A program made the position numbers and the translations under genes. This document shows positions 62,158-64,000 of a DNA stretch of 64,000 nt, in pieces (the first letter of the stretch is position 1; every line of letters starts with the position of its first letter). The stretch covers positions 3,616,001-3,680,000 of the forward strand of contig OZ271854.1 of the NCBI GenBank assembly GCA_965601925.1. Direction: 5' to 3'. This stretch comes from Alkalispirochaeta sp. Its GTDB lineage: Bacteria > Spirochaetota > Spirochaetia > DSM-27196 > Alkalispirochaetaceae. Under the pieces are notes generated by a model. The model was not told the DNA's origin. It saw only the letters and a program-made list of their open reading frames with translations, and searched no databases.

Positions 62158-63492
62158 ATGCTGGATCAACTAAGCGGTCGATTGACGGACGCAGTACGAA
62201 CGATCTCCGGTAAGAGTCACATCTCGGAGAAAAACGTCCAAGACGCGATCGAGGAGATAAAGATAGCGCTCCTTGAGGCTGACGTGAGTCTCAAGGTCGT
62301 CCGTCGGTTCGTGAGTCGTACGCTGCGCGACGCGACCGGTGAGGCCGTATTACGTTCCGTCTCACCCGGTCAGCAGTTCGTTAAGATCGTGCACGATAAG
62401 TTGGTGGAATTTCTCGGAGACGAACGCCAGGATCTCCAGTTGCGGGGTCCGGACGTCACGAGCGTGATTCTTTTTTCCGGTCTGCAGGGATCGGGAAAGA
62501 CGACCACGGCCGCGAAACTCGCCCACCGTCTGCTGAGAGAGAAGCGGCGTCCGCTCTTGGTTGCCGCCGACTTGGTGCGTCCGGCGGCGGTCGATCAGTT
62601 GCAGCAGCTCGGCAATCAGGTCGGAGTAGCGGTCCACGCCGTGGACGGGTCGAGTGATCCGCGTAAGGTCGTAGAGGACGCTTTGACGCGTGCCAAAAAA
62701 GAGCTCTTCGACACGGTCATCATCGATACCGCGGGGCGAATGCAGGTCGACGAGGCGGTCATGGAGGAGATCGAAGCGATCTCTGCACTGGCGAAACCCG
62801 ACGAGCGTATTCTCGTCGCCGACGCGATGACCGGACAAAACGCCGTTGAGGTCGCCAAGGCGTTTCACGAACGGTTGGAGCTGACCGGCGTCATCCTCAG
62901 TAAGTTCGACAGCGATACGCGAGGTGGAGCGGCGCTCTCGATTCGGACCATCGCCGGTACGCCGATCAAATTTATCGGTGTCGGCGAAAAAATCGAGGAT
63001 CTGGAACCTTTCTATCCCGATCGTATCGCCTCACGCATCCTGGGAATGGGCGATATCGTGTCGCTCGTGGAGAAGGCGCAGGAGACGATCGATGTAGAGG
63101 AGGCGACGCGTCTCCAAAAGAAGATGGCGAGCGCGACCTTTACCCTCGAGGATTATCTCGCGCAGTTTCAGCGAGTACGTAAGATGGGGTCGGTCCAATC
63201 GTTGATCGAAATGATCCCGGGGATGAAGGGCAACGTCGATCCCGATCAGATCGATTTGGACCAGATAAAGCGCGAAGAGGCGATCATCCTTTCGATGACC
63301 CGCGAGGAGCGGGTCAACCATCGGATTATCGGCGTCTCGCGGCGCAAACGGATTGCCGGTGGAAGCGGAACATCGGTTTTTGAGGTGAATCAACTCATCA
63401 AGCGATTTGACAAGATGCGGGCAATGATGAAGAAAATGACGAAGAATAAGAAAATGCAGGCCGGACTGATGTCGCAGTTGGGCCGGATGTAG
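62158..63492 (+). CDS. ffh: Signal recognition particle protein
   Basis: ALLEADV, GLQGSGKTT, DTAGR, RGGAALS, RILGMGD, Met-rich M domain. Confidence 0.98.
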   Translation: MLDQLSGRLTDAVRTISGKSHISEKNVQDAIEEIKIALLEADVSLKVVRRFVSRTLRDATGEAVLRSVSPGQQFVKIVHDKLVEFLGDERQDLQLRGPDVTSVILFSGLQGSGKTTTAAKLAHRLLREKRRPLLVAADLVRPAAVDQLQQLGNQVGVAVHAVDGSSDPRKVVEDALTRAKKELFDTVIIDTAGRMQVDEAVMEEIEAISALAKPDERILVADAMTGQNAVEVAKAFHERLELTGVILSKFDSDTRGGAALSIRTIAGTPIKFIGVGEKIEDLEPFYPDRIASRILGMGDIVSLVEKAQETIDVEEATRLQKKMASATFTLEDYLAQFQRVRKMGSVQSLIEMIPGMKGNVDPDQIDLDQIKREEAIILSMTREERVNHRIIGVSRRKRIAGGSGTSVFEVNQLIKRFDKMRAMMKKMTKNKKMQAGLMSQLGRM

Positions 63493-63511
63493 AAACTCAG
63501 GAGGAAGTACA

Positions 63512-63766
63512 ATGAGTACCAAAATTAGATTAAAGCGTTTCGGCACGAAGAAGAGGCCCTTTTATCGAATCGTCGTGATGGATAGTAAAGAGCCGCGGGA
63601 CGGGCGCGCTCTCGATGAGCTTGGATTGTACCACCCGATCGAGGCGGAGGAGGCCAATCAGGTTCGTTTCGACGAAGAGAAGGTGCGTTCGTGGCTTGAA
63701 AAGGGAGCGCAACCCACGCAGACCGTCCGCAAGTTACTTAACCGTAATAACTTCACGGTTAAGTGA
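63512..63766 (+). CDS. rpsP: 30S ribosomal protein S16
   Basis: KIRLKRFG.KKRPFYRIVV.DS..PRDG, GAQPT.TV. Confidence 0.98.
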   Translation: MSTKIRLKRFGTKKRPFYRIVVMDSKEPRDGRALDELGLYHPIEAEEANQVRFDEEKVRSWLEKGAQPTQTVRKLLNRNNFTVK

Positions 63767-63812
63767 GCCGAGGCGTCCGCGGACGTAACAAACCATGGAA
63801 GGAACGGTTGAA

Positions 63813-64000
63813 GTGGAACGTGACCTGGTTGAATATATCGCCAAAGCTCTCGTTGACGAGCCGGATCAAGTAGAGGTCAATATGATCGAGGGCGAGAAGT
63901 CTACGATTCTCGAACTCAAAGTCGCCGCCGACGATATCGGTAAGGTGATCGGCAAACACGGACGTATCGCAAAGGCGATTCGGACGGTGCTCGCCGCGAC
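63813..64000 (+). CDS. khpA: KH-domain RNA-binding protein (partial, runs off the right edge)
   Basis: GTG start; LVEYIAK.LVD.P, DIGKVIGKHGRIAKAIRT; ffh-rpsP-khpA synteny. Confidence 0.92.
   Translation, partial: MERDLVEYIAKALVDEPDQVEVNMIEGEKSTILELKVAADDIGKVIGKHGRIAKAIRTVLAA

Overview
GC-rich bacterial chromosome segment, most likely from a free-living spirochaete (Spirochaetaceae-like). This is inferred from spoVG-tRNA-Gln-rplY-pth-tilS-ftsH synteny, a BpuR-like PUR protein, a PlzA/YcgR-like PilZ protein and a short SMC. Layout: (1) end of gltBD (1-2.2 kb); (2) an accessory, eroding region (2.3-18.3 kb) with divergent regulator/target pairs, a decaying pectin-catabolism cluster (ogl', kduI, kduD', cupin), IS481 and IS91 remnants, orphan sdpI/sdpR and a zinc-scavenging module; (3) core genes rplU-prp-rpmA-obgE-nadD-yqeK-LCP-rsfS-spoVG-tRNA-Gln-rplY-pth-tilS-ftsH-protease; (4) a chemosensory cluster STAS-cheA-cheR-cheB with two hybrid kinases and a receiver; (5) lepA, Maf-like gene, PPIase-like chaperone, tRNA-Pro, nlpD-like/group-2 sigma, pduO, Nudix, hppA, tRNA-Gly, PilZ, plsC-like, bpuR-like, rnhB, smc, ffh, rpsP, khpA. 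The best candidate for an undescribed system is a zinc-uptake regulon (COG0523 GTPase plus ZnuABC-like transporter) apparently controlled by a small ribbon-helix-helix protein with a Cys/His metal-binding tail, with a shared AGTAATA motif over both promoters and no Zur in the window. Other highlights are an MshEN (c-di-GMP) motif inside CheA, a probable CUG start for obgE, Prp beside an L27 lacking its substrate extension, recurring internal deletions, and several probable leaderless genes. All family calls come from motif recognition by eye, not database searches.
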